Shown here one piece after another: positions 1 through 13,786 of a stretch of DNA of 64,000 bases. Numbering within the stretch: the first letter of the stretch is position 1; each line of letters begins with the position of its first letter. The notes beneath the pieces were generated by a model. That model worked only from the letters and a program-made list of their open reading frames with translations, was not told the origin of the DNA and ran no database searches. Source of the stretch: Anaeramoeba ignava BMAN (taxonomy: Eukaryota; Protista; Anaeramoebae); contig JAPDFW010000088.1 in assembly GCA_028826165.1 (NCBI GenBank), positions 124,001 to 188,000 of the forward strand. Direction: 5' to 3'. A program made the position numbers and the translations under genes.

Positions 1-535
1 TATTTAATATTTAATTCTAATATTTAATTTTTAATATTTAATATTTAATTTTAATATTTAATATTTAATATTTAATATTTAATATTTAACTCTAATATTT
101 AATATTTTAATATTTAATTTTAATATTTAATTCTAATATTTAATTCTAATATTTAATTCTAATATTTAATTCTAATATTTAATTTTAATATTTAATTTTT
201 AATATTTAATTTTTAATATTTAATTCTAATATTTAATATTTAATATTTAATTTTAATATTTAATATTTAATATTTAATTTTAATATTTAATATTTAATAT
301 TTAATTTTTAATTTTAATATTTAATTTTAATATTTAATATTTAATATTTAATATTTAATTTTAATATTTAATTTTAATATTTAATTTTAATATTTAATTT
401 TAATATTTTAATATTTAATATTTAATATTTAATTTTAATATTTAATTTTAATATTTAATTTTAATATTTAATTTTAATATTTAATTTTAATATTTAATTC
501 TAATATTTAATTCTAATATTTAATTCTAATATTTA
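1..535. repeat. AATATTT/AATTTT/AATTCT tandem array filling a CNOT1 intron
   Basis: Visible 7/13-nt periodic array ending just before the AG acceptor. Confidence 0.9.
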
Positions 536-552
536 AAAGTAATAAGAAAAAG

Positions 553-3500
553 TCAATACATCCACCAGAACCAAATCATCCAAATTTCAAATAATTTGCG
601 CATCGATAACCAGATTGATATTTTCCACGAAAACCCCAAACTAAAGGATGATGTGATTAATTTATTTTTGGACGTGATCGAAGACATCATTTCCAATTTC
701 ATTGAAAACATGTCGGAAAGCATCTGCATGACAACAAAACAGATCATTGCGAAGGATTTCGCAAACGAATCAAACTGGATCAAAATGAAGGAATCCTCCG
801 AAGTCATGGCATCAAGTCTTGCGCGCAATTTGGCAATGGTGCACGGAAAACAAGTGATTGAGCAGGAATTGATGCAAAAATTGCGCTATCTTCTTGAGGA
901 CGTGGTTGCAGACACAAGCTACCTTCAAGGCATAATTGCCGTTATATATGAAAACAACATAGATTTTGTGTTTAATTTTATTATCCAAATCTCTGTGCAG
1001 CAAACCCTCGAGAAATTGAACGAGGAGCTGACAGAAGAATTCCAGATTCGCGAAGAATACCAAAAACAGGGCAAACCATTTGCAAACACAGACAACTCGC
1101 CCTATTCGCGAAATTTGATTGAGGAGCTTTATCCCGAAAACGGGCTGATGAACTTCCATTTTGAAATATACCAGAGTTTCAGAGAAAATCTGGTCAATCC
1201 AAAAGCAGAAAAAATGCAGTATTCCACAAACAGAATCGGCGACGCCATCAACGATTTCCACCAGAAAACCCTCTCTTTCAAGGACTTTTTCCTTGAAACG
1301 CAGAAATGGGTGCAAATCCTCGCGATTCTTCTTGACAAATACAGCCAAAACGATTCCTCGCTCAATCCGAACCAAATCTCAATGGAAATCAAATCCCAGA
1401 TCGCAAATTTGGAGCGTCTAATCCTCAGCTGCACTTCATATGAAAACGCCGCGCTTATTGCCGCGCAATTGGTCTGCAAACAGTTTTTCCAGCAATATCC
1501 CATTTTCGAGACAACATCCAAAAAAACAGAAATTTCAAGACAAAGTTTCGGGTACCAAATATACCTCAATCTCATGGAGCACATCCACATCATATTGCAG
1601 AACATCAAGCTCAATTCCCAGCCCAAAACTCTGCTTGTTGCGGACACAGTGCAAACCGCATTGACAAACCAGCTTTTGGCGCGATTGCAAAAATCACCGC
1701 CATTCGACTTCAAAATGATCTCGATTTTCATGGAAAAGGACTTGATCGACTACTCGATCCTGGATGAACTGTTCGAGACCTTCTTCTCCGACTTGGCCAA
1801 CACCGCAGCGCTCGATTTCTTCTTCCTGATGATGCAAAAATTCCAAACGGAAGGCGAGCAGAAGAAAATCAACGCGTTCCAAAAATCCGTTTTCAAACTC
1901 GAACACAATTTGCAACAGGCGCAAAGCAACGGAAAGCAGAACAAGACTGCCTTTCTTGGTTCAAAGCTGGAAGAGCTTGTGGCATACGCGTTTTCCGTGT
2001 TCCAAAACGTGAGCGACAACGCGCAGCAAGAGGAGCAGCATCCAAACGAGGAAGCTGCGTTGAAAGAGAATTTCGTAGTTAATTTCCGCGATTGGGTCTA
2101 TTTTTTCCAGACAAACCAGAACGATTCCTCGCAGATGAAAAAAACACAGAAAATTGTGATGAAATTCCGTTCAAGATACTTCACAATTTTGACAGATTTT
2201 TGTGTGAATTTGTCTGTTCACAAAAACAACAACAACAACAACGAAGAACAAAATAAAGACAACGATAATAAAAACAACGATGAACAAAATAAAAACAACG
2301 ATAATAAAAACAACGATAATAAAAACAGTATCAAAACCATCATGGATATTTACGCGGATCTTGACAGCCAAATGCTCGTCGATCCTTCAAAGCTCAACCA
2401 CCAGATGATTGATATGTACTCGCAAATCCTGATCCACATCGTCAAAAACTTCGACGATCCGATCAATCCCGACTCAAACATCGTTGTGATGAAAACGATC
2501 CTCGATTCAATCCTGGAGTCAATGGTCACAAGCTACTACCAGAACGCGGGGATGTTCTGTCCCAACGCGTACAAACGAATCCTGACAAACCTGCTCATCC
2601 TGATCCAGGACCAGCACATGCAGCGTTTCGCGTCGTTGATTCTGCGGTCATTTTACGAGATCTTCGACGCGCTCCAACCGATAAACATGCCTTGGTTCAC
2701 GTTCAGCTGGATCTGCTTAATTTCCAGCAGCGAATTTCTTCCATATCTATTGCAGATGAACCAAGGCACCGGGAGCAAAATGCTCGCCGAATTGCTCGCA
2801 AATCTGCTCAAGTTTCTTTATCCCTATCTCAAACTCCTTATCCTCAACAGACCGATCAGACTCCTCTACAAAGCAACCCTCAGAATCTTCCTCGTGCTTC
2901 TCCACGACTTCCCAAATTTCCTATGCAGCAATTACATCGCCTTCTCCCGCCTCATTCCCGACAACTGCATCCACCTTAAGAACCTTGTCTTATCCGCAAA
3001 GCCAACCACATACGAGGTCCCAGACTACTCCCTCCAGAACGGCGCCATCGAGTCCATCCCTGGAATCGCCGAGATTCCTTCCCTCGATTTTAATTTCCTC
3101 GACTTGCTCTCTTCCAACGCAATCAAAAACGACCTCGTCTATTTTTTGGAGCAGGGAAAACCCCAAGAGTTTCTCCTCAAAATATCCCGCAAAATCACTG
3201 ATATCTACAATCTCGGCGAGAAAATATCCGTAGACCCCCTGGCAGCCCAGACAAACTCCCTTTATTTCGATGGCGTGCTTCTCATCGATTCTCTGATCAT
3301 CTCCATATGCTACTTCTTCATGGAGCGCAATCGCGACCAGTTCGTTTTCCAGAACGCGATAAAGCTCTTCACCGCCTTGCTCGCCAAAATGGAAACCCGC
3401 TATCTGATACTCAACTCGATCGCAAACCATCTCCGCGATCCAAATGCGCACACCCGTTTTTTTAGCGACGTTATGATCATCATTTTCTCGAACTCAAGAG

Positions 3501-3697
3501 AACAGAACCTCAAGGAAACTATCACCCGCGTTCTTCTTGAAAGAGCACTCACGCGCGAGCCCCATCCTTGGGGTGTCATGTTTACCTTCCAGAGGCTGAC
3601 CAAAGACCAAATGTGCCAGTTTTGGGATCAATCTTTTATCACAAAAACTATGAAAATCCAGAAATTTTTAGAGAGGATTCGGAAATCCATTAAATAA
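553..3697 (+). CDS. CNOT1: CCR4-NOT complex subunit 1, terminal exon (5' part upstream of window)
   Basis: Not1 C-terminal motifs FTFSWICLISS, LYKATLRIFLVLLHDFPNFL, IANHLRDPNAHTRFFS, ITRVLLERAL..PHPWG. The frame is open from an AG at 551-552 that follows a satellite intron; the exact acceptor is uncertain. Confidence 0.95.
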
Positions 3698-3724
3698 TAA
3701 ATTTTCCAAACTTTTTTTCTTTTA

Positions 3725-4481
3725 TTTTAATTTTAATTTTAATTTTAATTTTAATTTTAATTTTAATTTTGATTTTGATTTTAATATTGATTTTAATTTT
3801 GATTTTATTTTAATTTTAATTTTAAGATTGATTTTAATATTGATTAATTGATTTTAAGATTGATTAATTGATTGATTGATTGATTAATTGACCAATTGAT
3901 TGATTACAATTATTAATTGATTGATTGATTAATTGACAATTTGATTGACAATTGATTTATTGATTATTGATTGATTAAATGACAATTGATTACAATTGAA
4001 TTGATTAATTTACAATTGACAATTAGTATTAATTAATTGATTAATATTTAATTTGATTATTGATTTGACAATTTATTGATTTATTGATTTGACAATTGGA
4101 TTTGATTTGGTGAATTGATTTAATTGATTGATTGTTATTTATTGACACAATTACCAATTATTAATTGATTATTGATTGGACAAATGGACAATTATTATTA
4201 GTAATTATTTGATTTATTATTAATTGACAATTGACAATTAATGACAATTGACAATTGATTATTGATTTGATTAATTATTTGATTATTGAATGATTGATTT
4301 CATTGGTAATTATTGACAATTGACAATGGATTGATTGATTGAATTAATTAATTGGACATTAATTATTGATTGATTGATTGACATTTATTTGGACAATTGA
4401 TTAATTTACAATTAAATTGACAATTTATTTATTATTAATTGATTTATTAATTAATTGATTGATTTATTGATTAATTAATTA

Positions 4482-4512
<31 letters not shown>

Positions 4513-4700
4513 AATTGATTAATTGATTGATTTTAAGATTGATTAATTGATTGATTAATTGATTGATTAATTTATTGATTTATTGATTGATTGATTTATT
4601 GATTTATTGATTAATTGATTGATTAATTAATTAATTGATTGATTGATTGATTAATTAATTGATTGATTAATTGATTGATTGATTAATTGATTAATTGATT
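3725..4700. repeat. Intergenic ATTG/ATTA microsatellite array with a degenerate middle (about 3890-4440)
   Basis: (TTGA)n/(TTAA)n units between the CNOT1 stop and the next gene. Confidence 0.85.
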
Positions 4701-4861
4701 TATAGATTGTTTTCCAATTTCCAAAAAGAGAAAAAGAAAGAAATGAAATCATTTCAAATTCAATTCAAGATCAAGAACTTGAAAAGAAAAAATCAACGGA
4801 TAATTTTTCTTTTTTTTTTCAAATTTTCCAAAAAAAAATCATTTTCTTTTTTCAATTCAAA

Positions 4862-6954
4862 ATGCTTTATAATTTTTTTGAAACATTTTCATCAGATGAT
4901 GAAATGGAATTTTATGATAATAATAAAAGAGAAAAAGAAACACCAAATTTAGTTGATTTTGAAAAGGAATTCAATTCTATATCACAAGAATACAAATCTT
5001 TGTTTCAGGAAATGGAAGATCATATTGAGGAATTTCGCAAATACAAGGATATTTTAAACGGAAGTGATAGTTATATTGTCCGAAAACACATGGTTAAAAA
5101 ATTGGAATATTTTATTGATTCAATTCTTTGCACAATTCCACAACTATTCCTTTTGGACTGCAAAGATCCAATGCCTGAAAATTCCGAAAAAAAGTAAATC
5201 AACAAAATTTTCCAATCTTTATTCCAATAACTACTATTATTATCGTCTTTTGTTTTTCAAAAACTAAATTTGATAAATGTTTTTTCAAATATTTTCTTTT
5301 ATTTGAAAGGAATTTAATTGAATTAGACTCTTCACAATTACATTTTTCGATTCAATCTCATGAACCTAACTTGGATGAACAAAATCAAGAAGCACAAGTG
5401 GAGAAGATGAAGCAACAAATCCCTGAATTAATCCAAACTTTCTCCAATTTCCTCAAGAAAAGAAAAGAAAATCCAAGTTTTTTTCATTCAAACGAAAATG
5501 ATCCTTTCAAAGAATTCAAAGAAACTCAAAATCCATTAAAAGAAAAAATTGTAAATTTTCGAGTAAACGTTTCTGAATTGCTCTATAATTTGCAACGATT
5601 TATTTCTCATGAATCAAATCAAGAAGTAAAAAAAGAAATGAATCAAGTTAGTCAATTATCACGAATGAAAATCAAATCTTGTTCTTTCATAACGTGCTTA
5701 GATAATTTCCAAAACAAAATCAACAAAATCAACAAATTCCCTCCATTTGATACTCTCATTGAGAAACTTGACTCTCTTGCAATTTCTGTGTATACTCTGA
5801 TTCACTCCACACAAATCCCTTCAGAAAATCTTTTCAAATCTTTCTCCAAAAGAAACCCAAACATTTCAATTAAATCGACTTCCTTCCAAAAATTGGTTGA
5901 TTTTCTCAATTCCTCAATCAAAAATTTTGGTTTTGATTCTTCAAAGAAAAATCATTCTTTTATTGAATTATTGTTTAGGTTTTTCCACTTTATTGATTTG
6001 ATACTTGATCTTCTTGGAGAACAATCCTCTATTTCTTTCCTCCAAAAACAAGAATCCACAAAAAACAACAAAATGAACTCTCAAGAGATTCAACACGAAA
6101 ATGATGGATTTCGTTTGACTCTTAATTCATTTTCCCAACTTTCTTTAAATTCAAATGAAATCAAATCATCTCAACAACAACATTATTTTGTGAAAATTGG
6201 GATATTAAATGTTGAAAGTTTGAAATCAAACCAAATCAACAATATCTTGTCAAATCTTGTGAACAATTACCAAATCGATATTTTAATGCTTCAAAATTTG
6301 AAATCCCCTTCTTTGCTCAAAATCAATAATTTTCAAACTTTTTCTGATGAGGGATTGTATCAACAAACAACGAATCTGAAAGAAATTCTGAGAGATTTTC
6401 AACCGACAAAAACAACATTATCTTTTTTGATTTCTTCAAATTTAATCAAGGATTTTGAACCTATTAATGTTTCTGCAGATATTCCAAGAGAACGTCTTCC
6501 AACACAAATTAAGAAGGATGAATTTCGTTATCAGTTCAACATTATCCAAATTGGTGAGCTTGTGCTTATCAATTTTTTGGATACTTCTTCATCTCCAAAA
6601 AAGCTTTTGATTGATTTTTGTGATGTTTTAGAGAAATTGTTTCCTAAAAAACTCATTTTAATTGGAGGATTTTTTCCTTATTCTTTCAGCAAAATTTCGA
6701 CTTTATTTGAAAGAATCTCTCCTCAATCTCAGTTCCATCCTGTTAGAAATATAATTGATAAATCCTCTTTTGTTGATTCATTTGCTTTTTCTCCATATTT
6801 CTTAACAAATGATTCCACACATTTCTCATTTTCAAGAAACCCTTTTCTATTTCATGATCCAAATCATTTTTCCAATATTGATCTACAAACTGATGAAATT
6901 TTCCGATCTTCAATTATTTTGAATGATTTTCAATTTTCTTTCAAGTCAAATTAA
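4862..6954 (+). CDS. Hypothetical protein with a C-terminal degenerate endonuclease/exonuclease/phosphatase (EEP)-like fold; exons 4862-5193, 5310-6954
   Basis: GT-AG intron 5194-5309 joins the two ORFs in frame (..SEK|NLIELDSS..). VKIGILNVESL, IDILMLQN and KLILIGGF resemble EEP strands. Confidence 0.6.
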
Positions 6955-6984
6955 ATTTAAATTAAAATGAAAAAAATAATTTGG

Positions 6985-7330
6985 AATTTCTTTTGATTTA
7001 CTTTGATTTATTTTGATTTCTTTTGATTTCTTTTGATTTATTTTGATTTCTTTTGATTTATTTTGATTTATTTTGATTTATTTGATTTATTTTGATTTAT
7101 TTTGATTTCTTTTGATTTATTTTGATTTATTTTGATTTCTTTTGATTTCTTTTGATTTATTTTGATTTATTTTGATTTATTTTGATTTCTTTTGATTTCT
7201 TTTGATTTATTTTGATTTATTTTGATTTCTTTTGATTTATTTTGATTTCTCTTGATTTATTTTGATTTCTCTTGATTTATTTTGATTTCTCTTGATTTAT
7301 TTTGATTTCTTTTGATTTCTTTTGATTTAT
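6985..7330. repeat. 10-mer array TTTTGATTTA/TTTTGATTTC between convergent genes
   Basis: Direct reading. Confidence 0.9.
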
Positions 7331-10300
7331 TTCTTTTTCTTTAAATCTGATTCCAAATGGTTTTTAATTCTTTCTTTAATAGGTTTCTCAAGCTTTGCCA
7401 AGGCATCTTTAGCACTGAACATGAACATATTATGTTCGACATCAGGATTGAGTTCTGGATGAGCAGAATATTGGTAGTTAACGAGGTCCTCAATTGTTGC
7501 ACCCATTTGGATAGCAAAACTAATCCAATCGGCATTTTGGGCGACAGAATCGCCTTTTCTAAGAACATTTCCGCCGATAAGCCTTCTTGTTTGCTTGTCG
7601 AAAACGAGTTTTGTATAAACATTTGAATGGTCGATTTGGGGGTATTTGTCGAGAGTAGTGCTGAACCCAGTGACTGTATTGATGCCGAATTGCTCAGCAG
7701 CGGTCTGGGTCAATCCAGCGCCGCCAACGCCCCAATCGTATACTTTTGTGCAGTTTGCGTTGATGACTCCTGGGAATGCTCGTTTTTTGCCGATCATGTT
7801 GTATGCGATTATTTTGCCTTGAAAAACGGCTGTTGTTCCGTATTGTGATTTGATTGGTTTCCCAGTGATGAAGCACTTTTTCTCTGTGCAATCTCCGCCG
7901 GAGTAAATGTGTGGGAAATTTGTCTGCAGATGATCGTTTGTCACAACTCCTAACGGCGTAGTTGCTATTCCTGCTTTTTTGGCTAGTTCAATGTTTGGTC
8001 TTACTCCTACTGATAAAACTACAAAATCTGTTCGCAATGATGTTCCGTCTGAGAAAAGGATGTGTGAGATTTTGTTGGGTTCTGTTTTGGATCTTTCGAA
8101 TCCTACAACGTCTGCGCCTGCTTTGATTGAGATTCCGTGTTCGTAAAGGAGGTTTTCGAGAGTGGAAATGAATTCTGGTTCTGTTGTTCTTGATAAAACG
8201 GTTTTGTGCTTTTTTTTTTGGGATTTATTTATTTTTAATTTATTTTTAATTTATTTAGAATTTATTTAGGATTTATTTTGAATTTATTTATTTAGGATTT
8301 ATTTAGGATTTATTTAGGATTTATATAAAATTGATTTAAAATTGATTTAAAATTGATTTAAAATTGATTTAAAATTGATTTAAAATTGATTTAAAATTGA
8401 TTTAAAATTGATTTAAAATTGATATAAAATTGATTTAAAATTGATTTAAAATTAATATAAAATTGATTTAAAATTGATTTAAAATTGATATAAAATTGAT
8501 TTAAAATTGATTTAAAATTGATTTAAAATTGATATAAAATTTATTTAAAATTGATTTAAAATTGATTTAAAATTGATATAAAATTGATTTAAAATTGATA
8601 TAAAATTGATTTAAAATTAATATAAAATTGATTTAAAATTGATTTAAAATTAATATAAAATTGATATAAAATTTATTTAAAATTGATATAAAATTGATTT
8701 AAAATTAATATAAAATTGAATAAAATTTATTTAAAATTGATTTAAAATTGATTTAAAATTGATTTAAAATTGATTTAAAATTAATATAAAATTGATTTAA
8801 AATTGATTTAAAATTAATATAAAATTAATATAAAATTGATTTAAAATTGATTTAAAATTGATATAAAATTGATTTAAAATTGATATAAAATTGATTTAAA
8901 ATTGATTTAAAATTGATTTAAAATTGATTTAAAATTGATTTAAAATTGATATAAAATTAATATAAAATTAATATAAAATTGATTTAAAATTGATTTAAAA
9001 TTGATTTAAAATTGATATAAAATTGATTTAAAATTGATTTAAAATTAATATAAAATTGATATAAAATTGATTTAAAATTGATTTGAAATTAATATAAAAT
9101 TGATTTAAAATTGATTTAAAATTGATATAAAATTGATATAAAATTGATTTAAAATTAATATAAAATTGATTTAAAATTGATTTAAAATTGATATAAAATT
9201 GATTTAAAATTGATATAAAATTGATTTAAAATTGATTTAAAATTGATTTAAAATTGATTTAAAATTGATTTAAAATTGATATAAAATTAATATAAAATTG
9301 ATTTGAAATTGATTTAAAATTAATATAAAATTGATATAAAATTGATATAAAATTAATATAAAATTAATATAAAATTGATTTAAAATTGATTTAAAATTGA
9401 TTTAAAATTGATTTAAAATTGATTTAAAATTGATATAAAATTAATATAAAATTGATATAAAATTAATATAAAATTGATTTAAAATTGATATAAAATTGAT
9501 TTAAAATTGATTTAAAATTGATTTAAAATTGATATAAAATTGATTTAAAATTAATATAAAATTGATATAAAATTGATTTAAAATTGATATAAAATTGATA
9601 TAAAATTGATATAAAATTGATTTAAAATTGATTTAAAATTGATTTAAAATTGATATAAAATTGATTTAAAATTGATTTAAAATTGATATAAAATTGATTT
9701 AAAATTGATTTAAAATTGATATAAAATTGATTTAAAATTGATATAAAATTGATTTAAAATTGATATAAAATTGATTTAAAATTGATTTAAAATTGATATA
9801 AAATTGATATAAAATTGATATAAAATTGATTTAAAATTGATTTAAAATTGATTTAAAATTGATTTAAAATTGATTTAAAATTGATTTAAAATTGATTTAA
9901 AATTGATTTAAAATTGATTTAAAATTGATATAAAATTGATTTAAAATTAATATAAAATTAATATAAAATTGATATAAAATTGATTTAAAATTGATTTAAA
10001 ATTGATATAAAATTGATTTAAAATTGATATAAAATTGATATAAAATTGATTTAAAATTGATTTAAAATTGATTTAAAATTGATATAAAATTAATATAAAA
10101 TTAATATAAAATTGATATAAAATTGATTTAAAATTGATTTAAAATTGATATAAAATTGATTTAAAATTGATATAAAATTGATATAAAATTGATATAAAAT
10201 TAATATAAAATTGATTTAAAATTGATTTAAAATTGATTTAAAATTTGGATTAAAAAATTATTCTCTTACTCTTTCAACAATTGTAACTTTAAGTCCTAAT

Positions 10301-10821
10301 GCTTGCAAAGAATTTGCAACTTCAATTCCAATAAACCCACATCCAATTACTGTTGCATGTTTTGGCTTATCATGTAAATAAGTTGCAGCTGTTCTTAAAA
10401 AACGTAAATCTTTTAAACCTCTTACTGGAGAAATATTTTCAGATTTAATATTTGGAATTTGAGGAATAAAAGGACTAGCACCAGTTGCATATAATAATTG
10501 ATTAAATTCAAAAACGTGACCTTTTTTTGTTTTAACAATAGATTTTTTTGGGTCAATTTCTTCGACTCTATCAATTATCATTTCTGCAATATCTGTTATT
10601 GGTTTGTTTGCAATTAAAAATTTTTGAATTGGTTTTTGTGTTGAAATTCCATAAGGAACTGCGCATCGGTTCACATTTAATCTTTCTGCTTTTATCATTA
10701 ATAAACTCATTTTTTTGTTTTGTTGAATTAATTTTTCGTGAAGCATTTTAAGCATTTCTCTTCCTGCTGGACCTCCTCCAATTACAACTACATCAAATTT
10801 CTTTGTTGGTTTATTGTTCAT
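7327..10821 (-). CDS. FAD-dependent pyridine nucleotide-disulfide oxidoreductase (NADH oxidase / CoA-disulfide reductase family); exons 10821-10270, 8208-7327
   Basis: VVVIGGGPAG, single redox Cys NRCAVPY, YATGA, VIGCGFIGIE, VGVRPN, T..PHIYSGGDC and a dimerisation domain. Intron 10269-8209 (GT..AG) joins VTIVER|HKTVLSR in frame. Confidence 0.92.
8330..10245. repeat. 11-mer satellite AAAATTGATTT (variants ..GATAT, ..AATAT) forming a 2-kb intron
   Basis: Near-perfect 11-nt periodicity inside the oxidoreductase intron. Confidence 0.95.
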
Positions 10822-11094
10822 TGCTTTTTTGCTTTTGTTTTATTTTTTAATCTAAAAATTTGAAAAAAAAAAATTTTATTTTTTCTTTTTTTTTTTAAAT
10901 GCAAAAAACAGAAAAACGAAAAATTTTTTCTCCTTTTTTATTTAATCTTCTATTAATTTCTAATTCAATTCTAAATCAATCTTCTATTAATTTCTAATTC
11001 AATTCTAAATCAATTTTAAATCAATTTCTAATTCAATTCTATATCAATTTTAAATCAATTTTATATCAATTTTATATCAATTTTATATTAATTT

Positions 11095-12240
11095 TAAATT
11101 TTGATATTTTGATATTTTAATAATTTTAAATTTTGATATTTTGATATTTTAATATTTTTATATTTTGGATATTTTGATATTTATATATTTTAATATTTCT
11201 ATATTTTTATATTTTTATATTTTGGATATTTTGATATTTTGATATTTTTATATTTATATATTTGGATATTTTTATATTTATATATTTAGATATTTTGGAT
11301 ATTTTTATATTTATATTTTTATATTTTTATATTTTTATATTTTTATATTTTTATATTTTTATATTTTTATATTTTTATATTTTTATATTTTTATATTTTT
11401 ATATTTTTATATTTTGATATTTTGATTTTGATATTTTTATATTTTGGATATTTTTATATTTTTATATTATATTTTAATATTTATATATTTAGATATTTTG
11501 GATATTTTTTTATATTTTTGATATTTTTATATTTTTATATTTTTATATTTTTATATTTTGATATTTTGATATTTTTAATATTTTTTATTTTTATATTTTT
11601 TTTATATTTTTATATTTTTATATCTCTATTTTTTATATTTGGATATTTTGATATTTTTATATTTTTATATTTTGGATATTTTGGATATTTTGATATTTTG
11701 GATATTTTTGGATATTTTGGATATTTTGATATTTTGATATTTTTATATTTTTTATATATATTTTTTATTTCTATATTTTAATATTTTTATATTTTTATAT
11801 TTTTATATTTTTATATTTTTATATTTTTTATATTTTGGATATTTTTATATTTGGATATTTTGGATATTTTGATATTTTTATATTTTTATATTTTGATATT
11901 TTTATATTTTTATATTTTTATATTTTTTATTTTTTGAGTATTTTGATATTTTGATATTTTTATATTTTTGATATTTTTTTTATATTTTTATATTTTTATA
12001 TTTTTATTTTTTTATATTTTTTTATTTTGGATATTTTGGATATTTTTATATTTTTATATTTTAGATATTTTGGATATTTTTATATTTATATTTTGATATT
12101 TTTATATTTTTATATTTTTATATTTTTATATTTTGATATTTTGATATTTTAATATTTTTATATTTTTATATTTTTATATTTTTATATTTTTTATATTTTT
12201 TTATATTTTTATATTTTTTATATTTTATATTTTATATTTT
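11095..12240. repeat. Intergenic 9-mer array TTTTTATAT/TTTTGATAT/TTTGGATAT
   Basis: Direct reading; ORF 11422-11781 is its shadow. Confidence 0.9.
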
Positions 12241-12256
12241 TCTATTATATATTAAG

Positions 12257-13657
12257 TTAAAAATCTATAGTAATCCAATTTTGTCTAAACTTAAAAATCT
12301 CTTGATAAAAATAAATCCCACAAAAAATACTAGAGAAAGTTATCAAAAATAAAAACCAATCAATATATTGAAAATCTCCATGAAGCTTCTGATTCAAAAT
12401 ATAAGAAATAAGATATTGCAACAGAAAAGCAATTCCAGCCAATGAAATTTGAATTCCTAAATGCTTCCCTAAATTTTGATATCCAAACATCGCTTTCAAC
12501 ATTAGTGCATTCACCCCATAAATCAAAGCTCTAGATAAAGGAAAAATCAAAAACCCAATAATTTGTAAAGAAACTTCGCTGGTCGTATTTAAAATCCCAA
12601 TTAACACCACTGCAGAAACAGTAGATAAAATTGCGGAAATTAAATGGTTATTTCCAAGAATGCCTATAAAAGGTGAATATAAAAACCCTGTTAACTGAAG
12701 GAAACTGAATAATTTCACATAATGATTGGCTAAATTAATTTCCAAGAAGAAAAAAAATTTTTTTCTTTTAGTGAATTTTTGATCCAAAAAAAAAAAATTT
12801 TTGTCTTAATTACTTGTTGTAGAAGATTTGGAATAAAATTCAATTCTTTGTTCAAGAGTTGCCAAATAGAAATTTGCGAAAAACGAGAGACTGCCCATAA
12901 ACGCAAAAAGAACCCAAAAATAAGAGGAACGGAATTGATGCTTGAAATCCAAATTGCCAAATTTTTGGGAAAGAATTTCTGATTGGCTCATTTGTTTATA
13001 AGGAGTATTAAGTTCAACATCTGAATCCAAATCAGAAGTGGGAGTTGATTCTTTCTCACTTTGTTTCTTCTCAACTTTTGAGCTGAAAAAGGAAACCAAG
13101 CCAACAAACAAAGAGTAAACAGCATAAGAAGAAAAAATTGTTCTGATTGAAAAATGTTTTTCATAAAGAAATAAAAAGAAGACCATCATAATTAAACTAG
13201 AGTCAAAAAGACCGTTGACTAAGCAAAGTAAAATTCGTTGAGTTTTAGGAGAAAAGTATTGGCAAAATCGAGAGACAACAGATAGCATCCCTAATCCGTT
13301 AGAATAAATCAATGTGAATCCAATTATAAATCCAGCGAAATTCTGAGAAAAAGCAATAAAGAGTGATCCAATAGAGAAAAGTATTGATAATACAAGAATA
13401 GATCGTTGATTTCCAAATCGATCAATTAGTATTCCAATCACAGTTGAAAAAACAATGTTAAGAATTGATGGAATTATGAATATTTGATGTATTTTGTAGT
13501 TTTGTGAATCACATTTATTTGTATTTGTGAAATCGCAATTTTCTGTTGCAAAATTTTCTTTTTTTAAAATGATTGCGAATGAAGGCCAACCAAAATAAAC
13601 ACCTGCAACTGTTGAAGATAATAAAATGATTGTTATAAATAAAATAATCTTATTCAT
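12257..13657 (-). CDS. MFS transporter, SLC43/LAT3-like; exons 13657-12814, 12729-12257
   Basis: AGVYFGWPSFAIILKKE, GILIDRFG (MFS motif A), NGLFDSS, FGYQNLGKHLG and many TM segments. The 84-nt GT-AG intron 12813-12730 joins the ORFs in frame. Confidence 0.85.
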
Positions 13658-13786
13658 TTAAAGAAGAAAATGAAATCAAAAAATAATCAAAAAAAAAATT
13701 TTTTTCATTTTTTTTTTCATTTTTTTTTTCATTTTTTTTTTCATTTTTTTTTTTATTTTTTAATTATTTTTTAATTATTTTTCTTA
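13658..13786. promoter_or_regulatory. Short bidirectional promoter with A/T-tract junction and repeated TTTTCATTTT (Inr-like)
   Basis: 129-bp gap between divergent ATGs. Several TTTCATTT copies face the BSD gene and one (AAAATGAAA at about 13667) faces the MFS gene. Confidence 0.55.

Noticed and set aside
3890-4440. Irregular segment within the ATTG array as a hidden gene or element
   Set aside because: No ORF or identifiable source sequence; it looks like repeat decay or consensus noise.
8330-10245. CRISPR array or telomeric tract interpretation of the periodic arrays
   Set aside because: There are no unique spacers, and the arrays are interstitial, G-poor and bounded by splice sites.
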